64,000 bases of DNA from Macrostomum hystrix (taxonomy: Eukaryota > Animalia > Platyhelminthes): assembly GCA_950097015.1 (NCBI GenBank), contig CATNEN010000034.1:5208001-5272000 (forward strand), given 5' to 3'. Shown here in pieces: positions 1 to 13,000 of the stretch; position 1 is the first letter of the stretch; every line of letters begins with the position of its first letter. The notes beneath the pieces were generated by a model. It saw nothing but the letters and a program-made list of their open reading frames with translations. It did no database searches and was not told the DNA's origin. Made by a program: the position numbers and the translations under genes.

Positions 1-202
1 CTGTTACATAAATTAAAAGCAGGAATGTTTTGTTGCATAATAAATTTCAGGAATATCACTTGAATTTGACACTATTTATAGCAAAAATCACTAGAATCTA
101 GTTAGAACGATTTAAAAAAATTCTGTTGTAAATAAATTGTATCTTAAACTCAACAACAGTCGTTTTTGCAACAGAACCGAACTCGTGCTTATCTATCTCG
201 CA

Positions 203-3200
203 ATGTCTTTGGCAAAGTAAGTTAATTATCTTGTTGGCCATGCTCTAGTAAAGGTTTGTTCTATGCATGACTATCCTGCCCAAAGCCTCCAACTCCCAAG
301 GCCATACTTTTATTAGTTATTCTAGTTATGACAGAGCAGTCAGTTTTTTTTATTTTTTACTATTGTTCATACATTTTTTATCAGAATTGTTGTAAAGCAT
401 TGTCATTACAGCACTTACTTGGTATCTACTTTTAGTTTTACACAATACACATGTAAAGACCAATTCTAAGTGACATAATGTAAGTTTGTTATTTTTTAGG
501 CAGTTGTTATTTGTCGGGTCAAACGGACAAATAGCCATTTGATTATTCATCCTGTTAGCTGAGTTATAAGTTATAACTAAGTTATAAGGGGTTGTAGCGC
601 TACCACGAGAACCTCTATCATTTGTAAGATAAAAAAATTTACAAGCTGCAAAAGGACAGTCATTCAGATTTGAAGTTTGTGTCTCAAATTATTTTTGCTT
701 ATCAGCTAATTAAAAAAATTAATACCTTTTCCAGAAATTTGGTTGTTTCAGGGACTAACTTAGTTCAAGGGTATAGTTTAATCTTTGTGAGGTCAAGACT
801 CAAGATGGCTCTCAGCAGGGCAAGAGTGGTCTTTGGGAGGATTGTTGCTCTTGCTCATTGAAAGGGGAGAAATTAAGTCCTTGGGTGGTTAACTGGTTAA
901 CCGGACAAATAATCATTTAACTACCAATTTTTTAACTATAAAGATCTCCACTTCTAACCTTAAAATATCAAGTTGCATTACTTGCATTTATAAAGTAGTT
1001 ATACTCATGCATAACAAAAACCTTTTACAAACCAATGTTTTTTTACAAAAGAGAGTTTCAAAATATTTTTGTTTATGTTATTTATGTAAGTTTAAGTATA
1101 TGTTTAAGTATGTATATAACTGTCTCAGTTTAAGTAGGAACATGTACATGGTACACTTTGTGTAATTTACACTGGAAGCTAGATTAAAAAATTACCATAT
1201 GTATCTTTGTCAGTAAGCTGCAAAAATTCTCTATGTTGTATTGGTTAAAGCATACAAGAAACATATTTTTATGTTTAATTAAAAGCTCAAAATTTAACAA
1301 ATAATTGTTATTGTGTTAATTAAGGTTAAATAAAAACAAGTATGCCATTTTATTAAATGATTAAATAAAGAAAACATAAAAAACAGCTTTAACAGATTTG
1401 TAAATTGGAACAACTTAAATATTGTTAATATCATTCTTTGAATGCACAGTCTGTGAATGCCCACTGGCCACCTCATGCATTATGCTAATATCCGATTGAG
1501 CTAATAGAGCATTGAGCCAGTATTGCTGACAATCTATTTGTATGCCAGTTTATGTGAAAAAGTCAAATCCACACTAAAAATATCCAAATCATCTAAAAAC
1601 TATAAATTATTGAACACTGGTATTTTTTATAGATAATACACTGAACTTGAACTATAACTGCTACGATTACAATTGAAGTAAGGATATATTTTAAGGATAA
1701 GGAGAAATCAGAAAAACTGTGTCTGTGTGTGAATGATATTTTAAAATGTACCCGATTGTTTGTTGTATGCAATAGAAAACCAACAAGTCAATCAGAACTT
1801 AAAACCAAATAACTAAGTAAAAGAAAAATAACTTTTTTGGCAAAAATATACTTTGTTAAGCTTAGCAAGTCACATAGTGGCTAAAACAATATAGCTATTT
1901 TGCATGTTTGGAAAATTGGTGTGGATTCAAGTTTAGAGGATGGCTACCATTTTTTGTATTGCTTTTATATAAAACTACATTAATTATCATTGCAATAAAA
2001 CAAACTTGGTTGCCAGGCTAATCCCCAGTCCAACTCAACGCCTGCCCGAGCGTCCTTCAACAAATGCGTCCGCTGCCAAGGGTGCAGATCAGCAACAGCA
2101 GGCTCTGGTGGCTGTGCAGTCCGCGGCTCCGCCTTATGGCCATCGGCGCGGCTGGGCGCCTCGACGCCAAGAGGATTTTGGCGACGGCGGTGCCTTCCCG
2201 GAGATTCACTCGCGCCAGTATCCGCTCGGCATGGGCCAGCCGCAGGCGGCGAACTCTGGAACAACCCTGCCGATGACGCTTGGCGCCGATGGTCGTGTGA
2301 ACTTCGATGCTGTGGTTCGTCAGGGCCAGCGTTCCGACAAGGTTATCCACAGCAAGTTCACCGACCTACTGCCCAAGCCTATTGACGAGTCTGATCCCAG
2401 CTTTCAGCGGCCTGACGATGACACAATCAAGGATCTGACTGAGAAGACGAAGAACGCTCTCCAGGACTTGATTGAGTCCAAGGTGAGGCATTTTTGCTGG
2501 TGATCCGGCTGCAAGTTTCCCCTAGTCTTGCGACTGCAATTCTCCCTAGTCTAGCTGCAATTCTCCCTAGTCTAGCTGCAATTCTCCCCTAGTCTAGCTG
2601 CAATTCTCCTATAGTCTAGCTACAATTCTCCTATAGTCTAGCTGCAATTCTCCCCTAGTCTAGCTGCAATTCTCCCCTAGTCTAGCTGCAATTCTCCTAT
2701 AGTCTAGTTGCAATTCTCCCTAGTCTAGCTGCAATTCTCCTATAGTCTAGCTGCAATTCTCCCCTAGTCTAGCTGCAATTCTCCCCTAGTCTAGCTGCAA
2801 TTCTCCTATAGTCTAGTTGCAATTCTCCCTAGTCTAGCTGCAATTCTCCTATAGTCTAGCTACAATTCTCCCCTATTCTAGCTACAATTCTCCCCTAGTC
2901 TAGCTACAATTCTCCCCTATTCTAGCTACAATTCTCCCCTAGTCTAGCTACAATTCTACCCAGTACTCATTCCACTCTGTAGGCGGCCGCATCCAATCCG
3001 ATTCGTGCAGCGGAGCGCAGCGGCCCGGCTCAGTTCATTCGCTACACGCCTAGTCAGCAGGGCGCCGGTTTCAATTCCGGCTCATCGCAGCGCATTGTGC
3101 GCATGGTGGAGGCCCAGAAGGATCCAATGGAGCCGCCAAGGTTTCGCATTAGTAAGAAGGTGCCCCGCGGTCCGCCCAGCCCTCCAGCTACTGTGATGCA

Positions 3201-4170
3201 TTCGCCGCCACGCAAAGTCACCTCAAAGGAGCAGGCCGACTGGAAGATTCCACCCTGCGTGTCGAATTGGAAGAATCCCAAGGGCTACACTATTCCGCTG
3301 GACAAGCGAGTCGCCGCTGACGGACGCGGCCTTCAAGGCGTCCATGTCAACGAGAAATTTGTCATGCTAGCCGAGGCGCTGCACACAGCCGAGGTAAAGA
3401 GTCGGGAAGCTGTCACAATGCGAGCCAAAGTGGCCAGCCGTATGCAGCAGGTCCAGCGCGAGCGTCACGAAGAGGAGCTTCGTCGCATCGCCAGTCGGGC
3501 GCGCGGCGAAAGAGCCGGCCTGGCGCCGCCGGAGGCAGGCGAGGCCGCCGCCGAAGCGCGCGAACGCGACGCTATCCGTCGCGACCGGGCCGAGCAGCGC
3601 GTTCACGAGCGCAACCGGAAGGGCGCCGGAGCTGGCGAAGATCGTGATCGCGACATCTCGGAGCAGATCGCCCTGGGCCGGCCGGCTCTGCAACGGCATC
3701 AGCAGGATCCGGAGGCCCAGTTCGACTCGCGCCTATTCAACCAGGAGGCCGGCTTGGCATCCGGTTTCCACGCCGGAGAGGATGAAATCTACAATGTTTA
3801 CGACAAGCCGTGGCGCTCCGAGGCCTCCACGGCCGGCCATCTCTATCGGCCGACTCGCGGTCGAGAGGAAGCCGCAACTGAGGAGGATCTCAACCGTCTG
3901 GCCGCCGGGACCAGCCGATTTGTGCCGGATCGACGATTTGACGGCGCTTCAGGCGGCAGCGCCGGCGCCGCGGGTCGTCGCGACGGTCCGGTGCAGTTCG
4001 AGAAGAATGTGGAAGAGGATCCGTTCGGATTGGATAAATTCCTTGATATTGTCAAACAGTCGGCTAATCCGGCCGACGGCCCAGTCGCCGCCGGCAGCAA
4101 GCGATCGGCGGCTGCGGCTTCGTCGCATCACGACGGCGGCAGTGGGCGAAAGCGCGATCGACGCGACTAA
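203..4170 (+). CDS. SNW1: SNW domain-containing protein 1 (SKIP/Prp45), spliceosomal NTC-related factor; exons 203-216, 2017-2482, 2983-4170 (~555 aa)
   Basis: Translation contains the SKIP hallmarks PPYGxRxGWxPRxxEDFGDGGAFPEIH, DPMEPPRF, RGPPSPP, WKIPPCVSNWKNPKGYTIPLDKR and EEDPFGLDKFL. A 14-nt first coding exon (ATGTCTTTGGCAAA|gtaagt) joins in phase 2 to ccag|G CTA ATC, giving MSLAKLIPSPTQ (cf. human MALTSFLPAPTQ). Intron 2 is aag|gtgagg...ctgtag|gcg, phase 0. Confidence 0.96.
2519..2962. repeat. Minisatellite, 22-23 bp unit CTAGTCTAGCTGCAATTCTCCC, filling SNW1 intron 2
   Basis: About 19 tandem near-identical units visible. Confidence 0.95.
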
Positions 4171-4758
4171 GGTTGTTGGTTGTTAGACGGTGTTTTTTAT
4201 TAGGCCTACTAATATCGACTTAGTTTAACATCTATTTGCTCGTTTGTGGGTTTAATCGACTTTTCCAATTTTGCATTGACTTGTTTATCTTACTAAAAAA
4301 GAAATGAAAAAAACATTGCATAACTCATTTGCTGTAATTTTGTTTCATGTTGTCATTTCAAATATGTAATTAAAAGTCTAGAAGTGCACGACGCACTTTA
4401 ACTTTTGTAATTTGACGCCTGTTTAGCTTATTGTGTGTGTACTTCTCCTATAAGTGCACCTAAACAGTTCGTAGGCTTGTGCATCTAAACAAAATACTAT
4501 CGTCTTAGCGCTATAGTTCTGTGTGAATTTAATTACCCGTTGCTCGTAGTTTCACGAAATAGTGAAAAATAAACTTGTTCTCATACGTTGAGTGTAGTGT
4601 GTTGGCCCGCATTCTTGCTTCATTGCTCCAGATAATTTATTTAGTCAGAAATTTGCTCATTTTGTTATTTTACGCTTTGAGTTTTTACAAATTCACAAAG
4701 AAGCTAACAGGCGAAAAACATTTTTTAAGGTTGGTTTAGAAAATTCATCCCCACTTAA

Positions 4759-5363
4759 CAGTAGAACTACAAAGGGGGGGAATTTCCCCCCCCCGACAAT
4801 TTTTTTTGCTGCACCCGAACGGAACAATGCAAGCACACGAAACTCAAGAACACGGGCCAACTTTTAGTTGCGCATCTTCTGAAACAAGAATCAAGTCGCC
4901 AGCTCTTCAGACCGTCGAGATATTCAATGTTTCTGGCCGAAGGTCCGATTTTTCCCATAAGAGCTAGTGTATTTCATACACCCCTATACACGAATTTGCA
5001 CTGCGCCTCAGTGCGGCCTTTCCAGACCTTCAAACTTTATCAGCATGTCACCCGAATGTGCTTGCATCATCTCCGACTTCGGCGGTCACCGACCTTTATC
5101 TAGATCTATCTCTCTTACCTATCTAGACCTTCAAGAGCTACAACAGGTGGAACTAGGCCACTATGGACACCCTGACGCGAATTTCTCCAATTTCACTGTT
5201 CAAGCCTAACTATTAGGCGCAGCTCAACCACAGGACACCCTCGACTAATCAGTCAACCAATCAGTCACCCCCAAAGCATTCAGGCGCTGGCAAAAACATT
5301 TTTGGGGGGAAAACCCCCCCCTTGGTATAAAAACGGGCGGAAAATGGCTTAGTAGTCCTACTG
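4759..5363. mobile_element. Non-autonomous DNA transposon (MITE), 605 bp, CAGTAG termini, TTAA target duplication
   Basis: TTAA(4755-4758)|CAGTAGAACTAC ... GTAGTCCTACTG|TTAA(5364-5367). G-run/C-run palindromes lie near both ends. A near-identical copy begins at 41982. Confidence 0.8.
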
Positions 5364-7055
5364 TTAATACTGTTGGGTGTCGTGGGATGGCAACTGTGAG
5401 CAAAGGTGTGTGTACGGTAACTAATGTTTAGTATGTCTTCAATAGCACAGATATAATGCCACAACAATCCAGTAGCCAGCACCTTACACAAACAGTTACA
5501 TTTACATGTGCTATTAAGCAGTCCGCAACGGCGTTTAAGTAATCTATCATCTGCAGTTGATAACTGATTTAGTACGACAAGAAAATACATCAAAGTGTAA
5601 TTCAAAAAGCGAAGATTTTTCTATTAACTACAACTGATTTGTAGCGTGCCTCTATCAATCAATCGTACATAATATACACGTATGTATGCAACATCATATA
5701 GTCGTCTAGTCGATGCAAAAAGTAAACAATCGAAGCCACAATTGAACGGCTAGCGTTTTTATAGTGTTAGCAGAAAGAAAATTCGATCGTTTTGTTATTT
5801 ACGATATCTTCGCCGTAACTTACAAACAATGAATATTAACTTCATAATTAATCCCCCGCTGCTGAAACTGACTATTTGCCAAACCGGAAGCGCAATTAAA
5901 ACAAACGCACAATACTTTATTTTCCTTTACTAACTATACATGAAGTTAAATAAGTAAATTAGCAAATCCTACAATAAATGCATTCAGTTTCTTTCGTATG
6001 CTTTTGATAAAATAAAAACTTAACGGTTGCGCTTGTATCCAACATATTTTTAATGCTTCGAATTAAACTTAATTTCTTTTTTTTATCAGTAAACTGGAAA
6101 CTGTATTATAGAAAACAAAAGTTTGTACGTTTCATACCTGTTTGTCAGTGAGCAAAAGTTAAAATACTAGTACATTACATTTATTTTTTACATCTACTTA
6201 CCTTCATGCCACCATATTAAGTTTGCATAAGAAATTACATGTTACACGTAAACATGTGAAGAACTAAATTCGTTTCTCTTGGTGAAGCGATTGATACATT
6301 GAACTGTAAAATACAAGACAAAATAAATTATTCACATGCGTATTCTGTTTTAATTGCAATATATAACTATATGTATGTATGTAAACCAATAGTTATACAA
6401 ATAGTTATACATATGTAGCCACTAAAAAAGTAAAGCATGCTGAAATTGCATTAAATTATTGCATAACAGATAATGCTCCTTTTTACTTTCGCTGATAAGG
6501 AGCATTAATCAGTACTCATGGAAATTGAAGTTCGAAAAATCAACTTAAAATTTTGCAATCAAGAGTAAAGTATTGATATTTCGTGTAAAAATAAATTCAT
6601 TAAAATTAGTACCATTTCCATTTTACTGTTTCTCTTAAAAATATTCATTACTCTACAATTTAGATTTAAGGTTTTACTATTTGCTCTTTCAAATATGAGA
6701 TAGTTAACAAAATAATTAAGAAAAACTCATGGAGACTCTAAGCAAGCCGTTATATATTCTTTAGATAGAATAATACTCCTACAATCGTTTGAATTGATTA
6801 GTTTGTACTTTTTATCGCAGTGTGAAGGAGTTACGAGTTATCTTGACTAATTTACAGACTCATTGAGTCATTTTTAGCTTTAAGTTCTAACTAATATACA
6901 TTCAACATAATAATTACTTATGCATATGTAAAATAATGATTAAGCCATGTAGAGTTATTCATTTCTTCAAGTTTTAGCAACTAACAATAGAATTACTTCA
7001 AATAACAATAGAAACGCACTGTACTAATGTGTTACAGCGCGCAACGGACGATGTA

Positions 7056-10000
7056 ATGATGACCAGCGTTGCGACAAGAGGAGCTAGCGTAGTCCCCGAC
7101 CCGAAGGGTCCGCCCCCGAAGCACCTGAAGCCGTTAAAGGGCAACAGGCGCGGCAAAGATGAGGCCAAGAAGCAGGTGCAGCAGGCGTACAGAGAAGAGC
7201 TGCCCTACCTCACGCCTGTCCAGACAGCCGAGTAAGTCAGGAAAATCACGATCAATCTGTTCGCTGTGTTGGCACGGTTTATAACAATTTGTCTGAATAA
7301 TTTGTTGTGCATTTTACTATACGGCGTCTAGTGACACACACAAGTTTCAAAGCAACACAGGCTTTGAAAGCATTGATTTCGAGACCTACAGTTTTTTATT
7401 TTTCTTCTTCAGCAAGTCTTCACAGGCTGGGTAATGATAAGACATACATTTAATAATGTGTGTTATTTTCGCTCAAATAATAATAATAAGAATGTCTTCA
7501 TTGTAAAATAAACAGCTGTTTCTGTCAGCTTGAAAAAGTCATCGCCCTATCTTCACTAACTACTTTAGTAGCAACTGTCGCATTTCAGCCAAGCATGCTG
7601 CCGAATTCGTACTTAAAAATGTAAACTGCATTTGCTAAAAGCTTTTCTCTGCACTTCTTGCATTCTCTTACGCGTTTGCAAATTCATCTTAAAGTTGATA
7701 TCGGAAACATATAAATAAAGTGTGAAAATTCTTTCGCAAGGCGAAAATCTGATTGTTTTGCTAATTTCCTAACCGCCCGACTCCCGTCCCGCATAGATAC
7801 CGAAATCCGTTCTTTGAGACCCTGTGTACCTCCATCCTGACTGACGGATTCCATCGAACCTTCACGGAGATGCTGCACCTCATCAAGCAGCAGCGCCGAG
7901 ACCGGGAGGCTGCCGGGCCCGAGTCCATGCTCTGGCAGATCAAACCGCTGGAGGACCAGCCGGAGAAGCTGAAAAACCTCAGCCGATATCTGATGGCGGC
8001 TGAGAACAGCGAGCGAAAGAGTTAGTTGCCGACTGATTGGACTCTAGCTTGACTTGCCTGGCTATTATTATAGTAATAATAATAATATTTGCAGGAGGGC
8101 TGCGGGCAATTGCACATCATTTGGTGACAGTAGACCCGCAGCCAGCGAGGAGGCAATTCTGCCCATTCCGCTGACTCCTGAGCACACACGCTCATGTGTG
8201 TGTACATCTGCCTCGATTTTCTCATCGTCAGGCAGTGTACACTCTCACTGTGCCTTGGAGGTTGTTTCTCATAGGCGTAAATTGCACGACAAACCCCAAG
8301 CCTTCTCTCCGCGGCTGCGCCCCAATATGGACTCAGGGACTTTGATGCTAGAGGCAAACGCGTTATAGCGTTATAGCCATCGTAATTCACCGCCTGTACT
8401 CGAATAACGCGCAGGCGATCACCTGGCAGCCTACGAGGCCTACCTGCACTTGGCACACTATTTCGAAGAGGAGCCAAATGACAAGTGGCTGTCGGATCAC
8501 TATTACGACAGGTGCCTCCGCTCTGGGCCGCTGGTGCAAGGCGACGGTGGCCGAAAGCTGGCCGAGGCGCACTACAACAAGGGCCTGGCTATGGAGCGCG
8601 GAGGCCGGCTTGAAGAAGCCATGACACACTTCAGCGTGTTCTATGAGCGCACTCAGGGCCAGGACGCGTGGGTTCAGCGCGACGGCAAAGGCCTGCACCG
8701 TGCGGCATGCGAGGCCCTGGCTCGGGTGGACATCAGCCGGAGCGAGCAGCTCTCCGATGAGGCGGCGCGAGACCTGCTGCAGAAGGCGCACAGCATCGCC
8801 AAGGAGAGCGGCAACAACTTCCTTGAGGCTCGCTGCGCCCACCACCTTGGCAACGTGTTCGATCGCATTGACAAGCCGGACACTGCACTGCACGTGAGTC
8901 CGAGATGTGTGCTGTTCTCTAAGTGACAGGTGTGCTGTTCTCTGAGTGACAGGTGTGCTGTTCTCTGAGTGACAGGTGTGCTGTTCTCTGAGTGACAGGT
9001 GTGCTGTTCTCTGAGTGACAGGTGTGCTGTTCTCTGAGTGACAGGTGTGCTGTTCTCTGAGTGACAGGTGTGCTGTTCTCTGAGTGACAGGTGTGCTGTT
9101 CTCTGAGTGACAGGTGTGCTGTTCTCTGAGTGACAGGTGTGCTGTTCTCTGAGTGACAGGTGTGCTGTTCTCTGCGTGTCAGGTGTGCTGGTTGATGCTG
9201 ACAGGTGTGATAATTATTATTTTTATTATTAATATTATTATTATTGAGGTGCGCACGCCGATTGGGTGCTGGTTTATTTGTTTATTTGATGTTTGAGGCT
9301 GAACAATTAGATTTTTTAAAAAGAAAGCGATAGGAAAACAGTAGCATGCATAAGATTAATTTTAGGTGAATAAAATATATGAAAATAAACAAATTTTTGA
9401 AATAAACAAAGGCATTAAAACAAAAAATGAAATATTGAAATTTAAAGGGAAAATTGAAACTGACTGAATAAAAAGGCGAGAATCAACATTTAACGGTTAA
9501 ATCTCGCTGAGCGAACGTTGATTCTCGCCTTTTTATTCATATTATTTGCCAAGCGAGCAACTTTACCTGAATAAAACTGACTGAAATCGCTTCGCTCCCG
9601 AAAGGAGAATACTATTGTGTTTTTGCATTCTAACTATGGGCCTCAGGGCAGTGGCTTTTTTATCTAGCTTCAAGTATGCTTTCTATGAAGTCCACAAAAC
9701 TTTCTGTTAATTCTGTGCTTTCCTGTGTCATTAAATACACCATTTTGTCATCAGCTGTTAGGCTTTCGAAATTTCGAACAGTACCTGCCACTTTCTCTAT
9801 GAATTTATTTCTAATTGGAACATAAACGGACCAATCGCATCTCGTTCTCTACCTCGACTCTACATTTTGGACATGTTCTGTTTTCATAGGCGATTTTCGG
9901 TCTCACAGTGCGCAATGTCTCACAGGCCAGTTTGTGGTTTCCTAGACGAAATCGGGACATTGTGCGCCTTTGTTCTGGGTTAGAGATTATTGTTAGGTAC

Positions 10001-13000
10001 TTTTCTCTGGAGAAATCTTTCTTAAAAGTGTAATAGAAGTGGCTGAGCTTGGCTGATTTTCCCATCCTCTGAGTCCAGTGCCTTCGAAACTCTGACTCAA
10101 AGTTCTCCCTGTGCGTTTTGATGGACTTTGTTTTTCTAGTCTGTTGACAATTCCGCATTATTTCACTACTCATTTTTTCCCCAATGCCAACATCGCTGTA
10201 TTCTGTATCTGCCACCAATTTCGCGATGATGGAGTCTGGTCGGCTCCGAACTGAGGACCAGCATTGAAGGCTTCTTTTCTGAATACTATATAATAGTGGC
10301 AGTCTTCCTGATTCGGACCGAGCACCATTGCTGTCAGTGTTTGGACTAACTTGCAGAATCGACTTGCAGATTCTAAAATTAATTCTCTCCATAAGGTTTC
10401 GATCCCAAGTACCCGATTTCCTGGAGACAAAAGCTCACCAGGCCTCTGATGCATAGAGAACTAGGCTTTCAATCATAGTTGTGCTAAACAAGATGAGCTG
10501 TTTGTGTTTCACTCTCTGAAATCCCGCCAACTTTCTCAGAAGCATTATTGGATATCCACTTTTTACCTAGTTCTATGGCATGAGTATCTATTGTACCCTT
10601 CACGTTCATGTGAAACCCAAGACATTTCCACTGCTGTACGGGTTCAACCAGTTGACCATGTAAAACAGTCTATGTGTTGCCCTTGAGTGGAGATTGCAGC
10701 TCAGAAGCTGTCTTCTCAGTGTTTATTTCTAATTTATGAGTATTGCAAAAATCTGCTACTTTGTCGAGGCCTTTTTGTAATTCTGTCAGGTCTTCACCAA
10801 AAAATGACTAAATCGTCACAACAAAGCAGGTTGTTTACTTCTTCATTCAATATGGAGGTATGGCTTTGAAATGAGTTTTTTAGAATTGTGCTTAGCGGGT
10901 CGATGTATATTGAGAATAGCAGTGGAGATAGGGGGCATCCTTGTCTGACGCCATTAGTGATTCGATACGCCTCAGTAGCTGTGCTTTCTGACACCTTGAG
11001 GTGAAATTTCGCGCTTGAGTACATACTCTCAATGGTACTTATTGTTGCTGGGTTCACGCCTAACTGCTTTAATCGTGCTTTAATCGGGTGGTGAACCATG
11101 TCAAAGGCGCTTTTTAAACCAAAGAAAACTAAATGGAAAGGCCTTTTCTTTTTCTTCTTATTATGAATTAATGTCAATAGGGTTGCGATGTGATCGGATG
11201 TCCGGCAGCCTTTTCTGTTTCCTATTTGACTAGCCGATAGCAAGTTCAGGGCTTTGATGTGTGCTTCTAATTTCTCGTAAATTATTTGATGCAAACAGTC
11301 TCGCGATGGCTGGCAGGACGCTTATTGGTCTGTAGTTTTTTGGATCACTGCGAGACCCCTTCTTGTAGATTGGGCTTACCAATGCTAGTGACCATTGCTT
11401 AGGAGTATATCCAAGCCTAAGGATTGAGTTGAATAGCTTCTGCAGAGCGGGCTTGATAACTGTGAGGCCATAAATGATGTGCTCGTTTGATATTCCGTCA
11501 ACTCCTGCTGCCTTTTTCTTCTTTAGTCTTTTCACTGCCTTATCAATTTCCTGGGTGCTGACTGTTGTGTCTGTAAAGATTTTTGGGTTTGGTGGGTGAC
11601 TTCGGAGGCATCTGACTGAGGGTTGCATGTTGAAAACTCTGCTTAGGAGCTTTTGAATATCTGCTACTTACTTTAATGATTTAGACAAATCCCTAAGATT
11701 TTCGTCTCTGTTTATCCAGAATTTGTTGGGAATAATCTTTTTACCCCCGCTCTTGGGAACCGACTCCTCCAGCAGACGGTTTAACTTAGATGTGAGATAG
11801 TCAATAGATGAGGTCTCCTTTACTTCCTGTGTAACAATCTGCTTTATGTATTCCAGACTCTGTTGACTTTCTAGGGCTTCGATGAAGTGCTGCTGTGCAA
11901 CGGGATTCCAGTTGGGTGGCCTTGGATAGTTTATGGTCTTGTTCCCGCGCACCACTTCCTGAGGGTTCATGTCTTGTATGCGCACTTTGACTGTCAATGG
12001 AGAGTGCTTTGAGAGGAAGTTTTGAGGGTGGACAAAGAAATCTTCCACCATGTCATGACTATCTATGGACACAATGACATAATCAATAGTGCTGCGTCCC
12101 AGCGTACAACTGTAGGTGTAGTTTCCCAAAATATTCCCTTCAGCTACTCCACTTAGCCCATTGAGGACTGCCGATTTCGTTTCACAACACACTTCTAGAG
12201 TTGGAGGCCATGTTTGTTTTTTTCCCGTGTCCTGATTAACTCTACGGAAATGAGGACCACAATTTGCTTGCATTGACCCCGTCCTTGCATTAAAATCATC
12301 GATTGTGAGAACGATTCCTATTGTGGAATACGTCTGAATGAGACCTTTTATATCCTCCCAGACACCCTCATCGTAATACTTGGAAGTCTCGGGCGGAACG
12401 TAGCAGCCTATAATAAATATTGGATCTGAGCTCTGCGATCGATTTAGTTTGAGTACAAGTGAGAAATCGCTTTGGCGCACCAACGAAGTCATTGTTGCTA
12501 GTGATTTGCGAACAAGAAATGCCATTCCATTTGATAGTCTACCTTTGTTCACTCCCCGATTTTTTATTCCATCTGCCCCAAAGCTGATAAAGTTTGTGGT
12601 AAGCTTCGACTCGAAAATGTATTTTTTACTGTGTCTCGCATAGAAATACTATATCTCTGTTTCTCACTTGCTCCTGGAAGCTTGGTGACTCCAATTTGCA
12701 CTCGCCATTAAGTATATGATATTGGCTGCTTAATTGGCATTCTGTGGTTAGAAAGTCTGAGGCTGCGTTTAATGGTCCGAGGCGAGCGAAGCGAGTTAAA
12801 TATATAAGTTGAAATTCGCGGTTGAATGAGATAGCATTTCGCACTTAATATTAGATAACCAGTTATCACAAAAAGGAATAGATAGAAGTTAGCATGTGTA
12901 TGTGTTAGCATGTGTATGTGTTTTTGCTGCCTGATGTTATAGGTTTGTGTGATTAATAGCGTTGCATAGATGTGCGTGTGCTGTTACACTTTTCTGCATC

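Noticed and set aside
2006-2016. TTG start for SNW1
   Set aside because: This is intron sequence; the acceptor at 2016 and a 14-nt upstream exon explain the N-terminus.
3367-4186. Overlapping alternative-frame and antisense ORFs in SNW1 (and similar ones in TTC29, WDR88, HCN and the BEN gene)
   Set aside because: Expected shadows of GC-rich coding sequence; no recognisable domains.
6965-6990. RFX X-box-like GTTTTAGCAAC upstream of ciliary TTC29
   Set aside because: Only the half-site matches and the spacing is off-consensus; expected by chance in AT-rich DNA.
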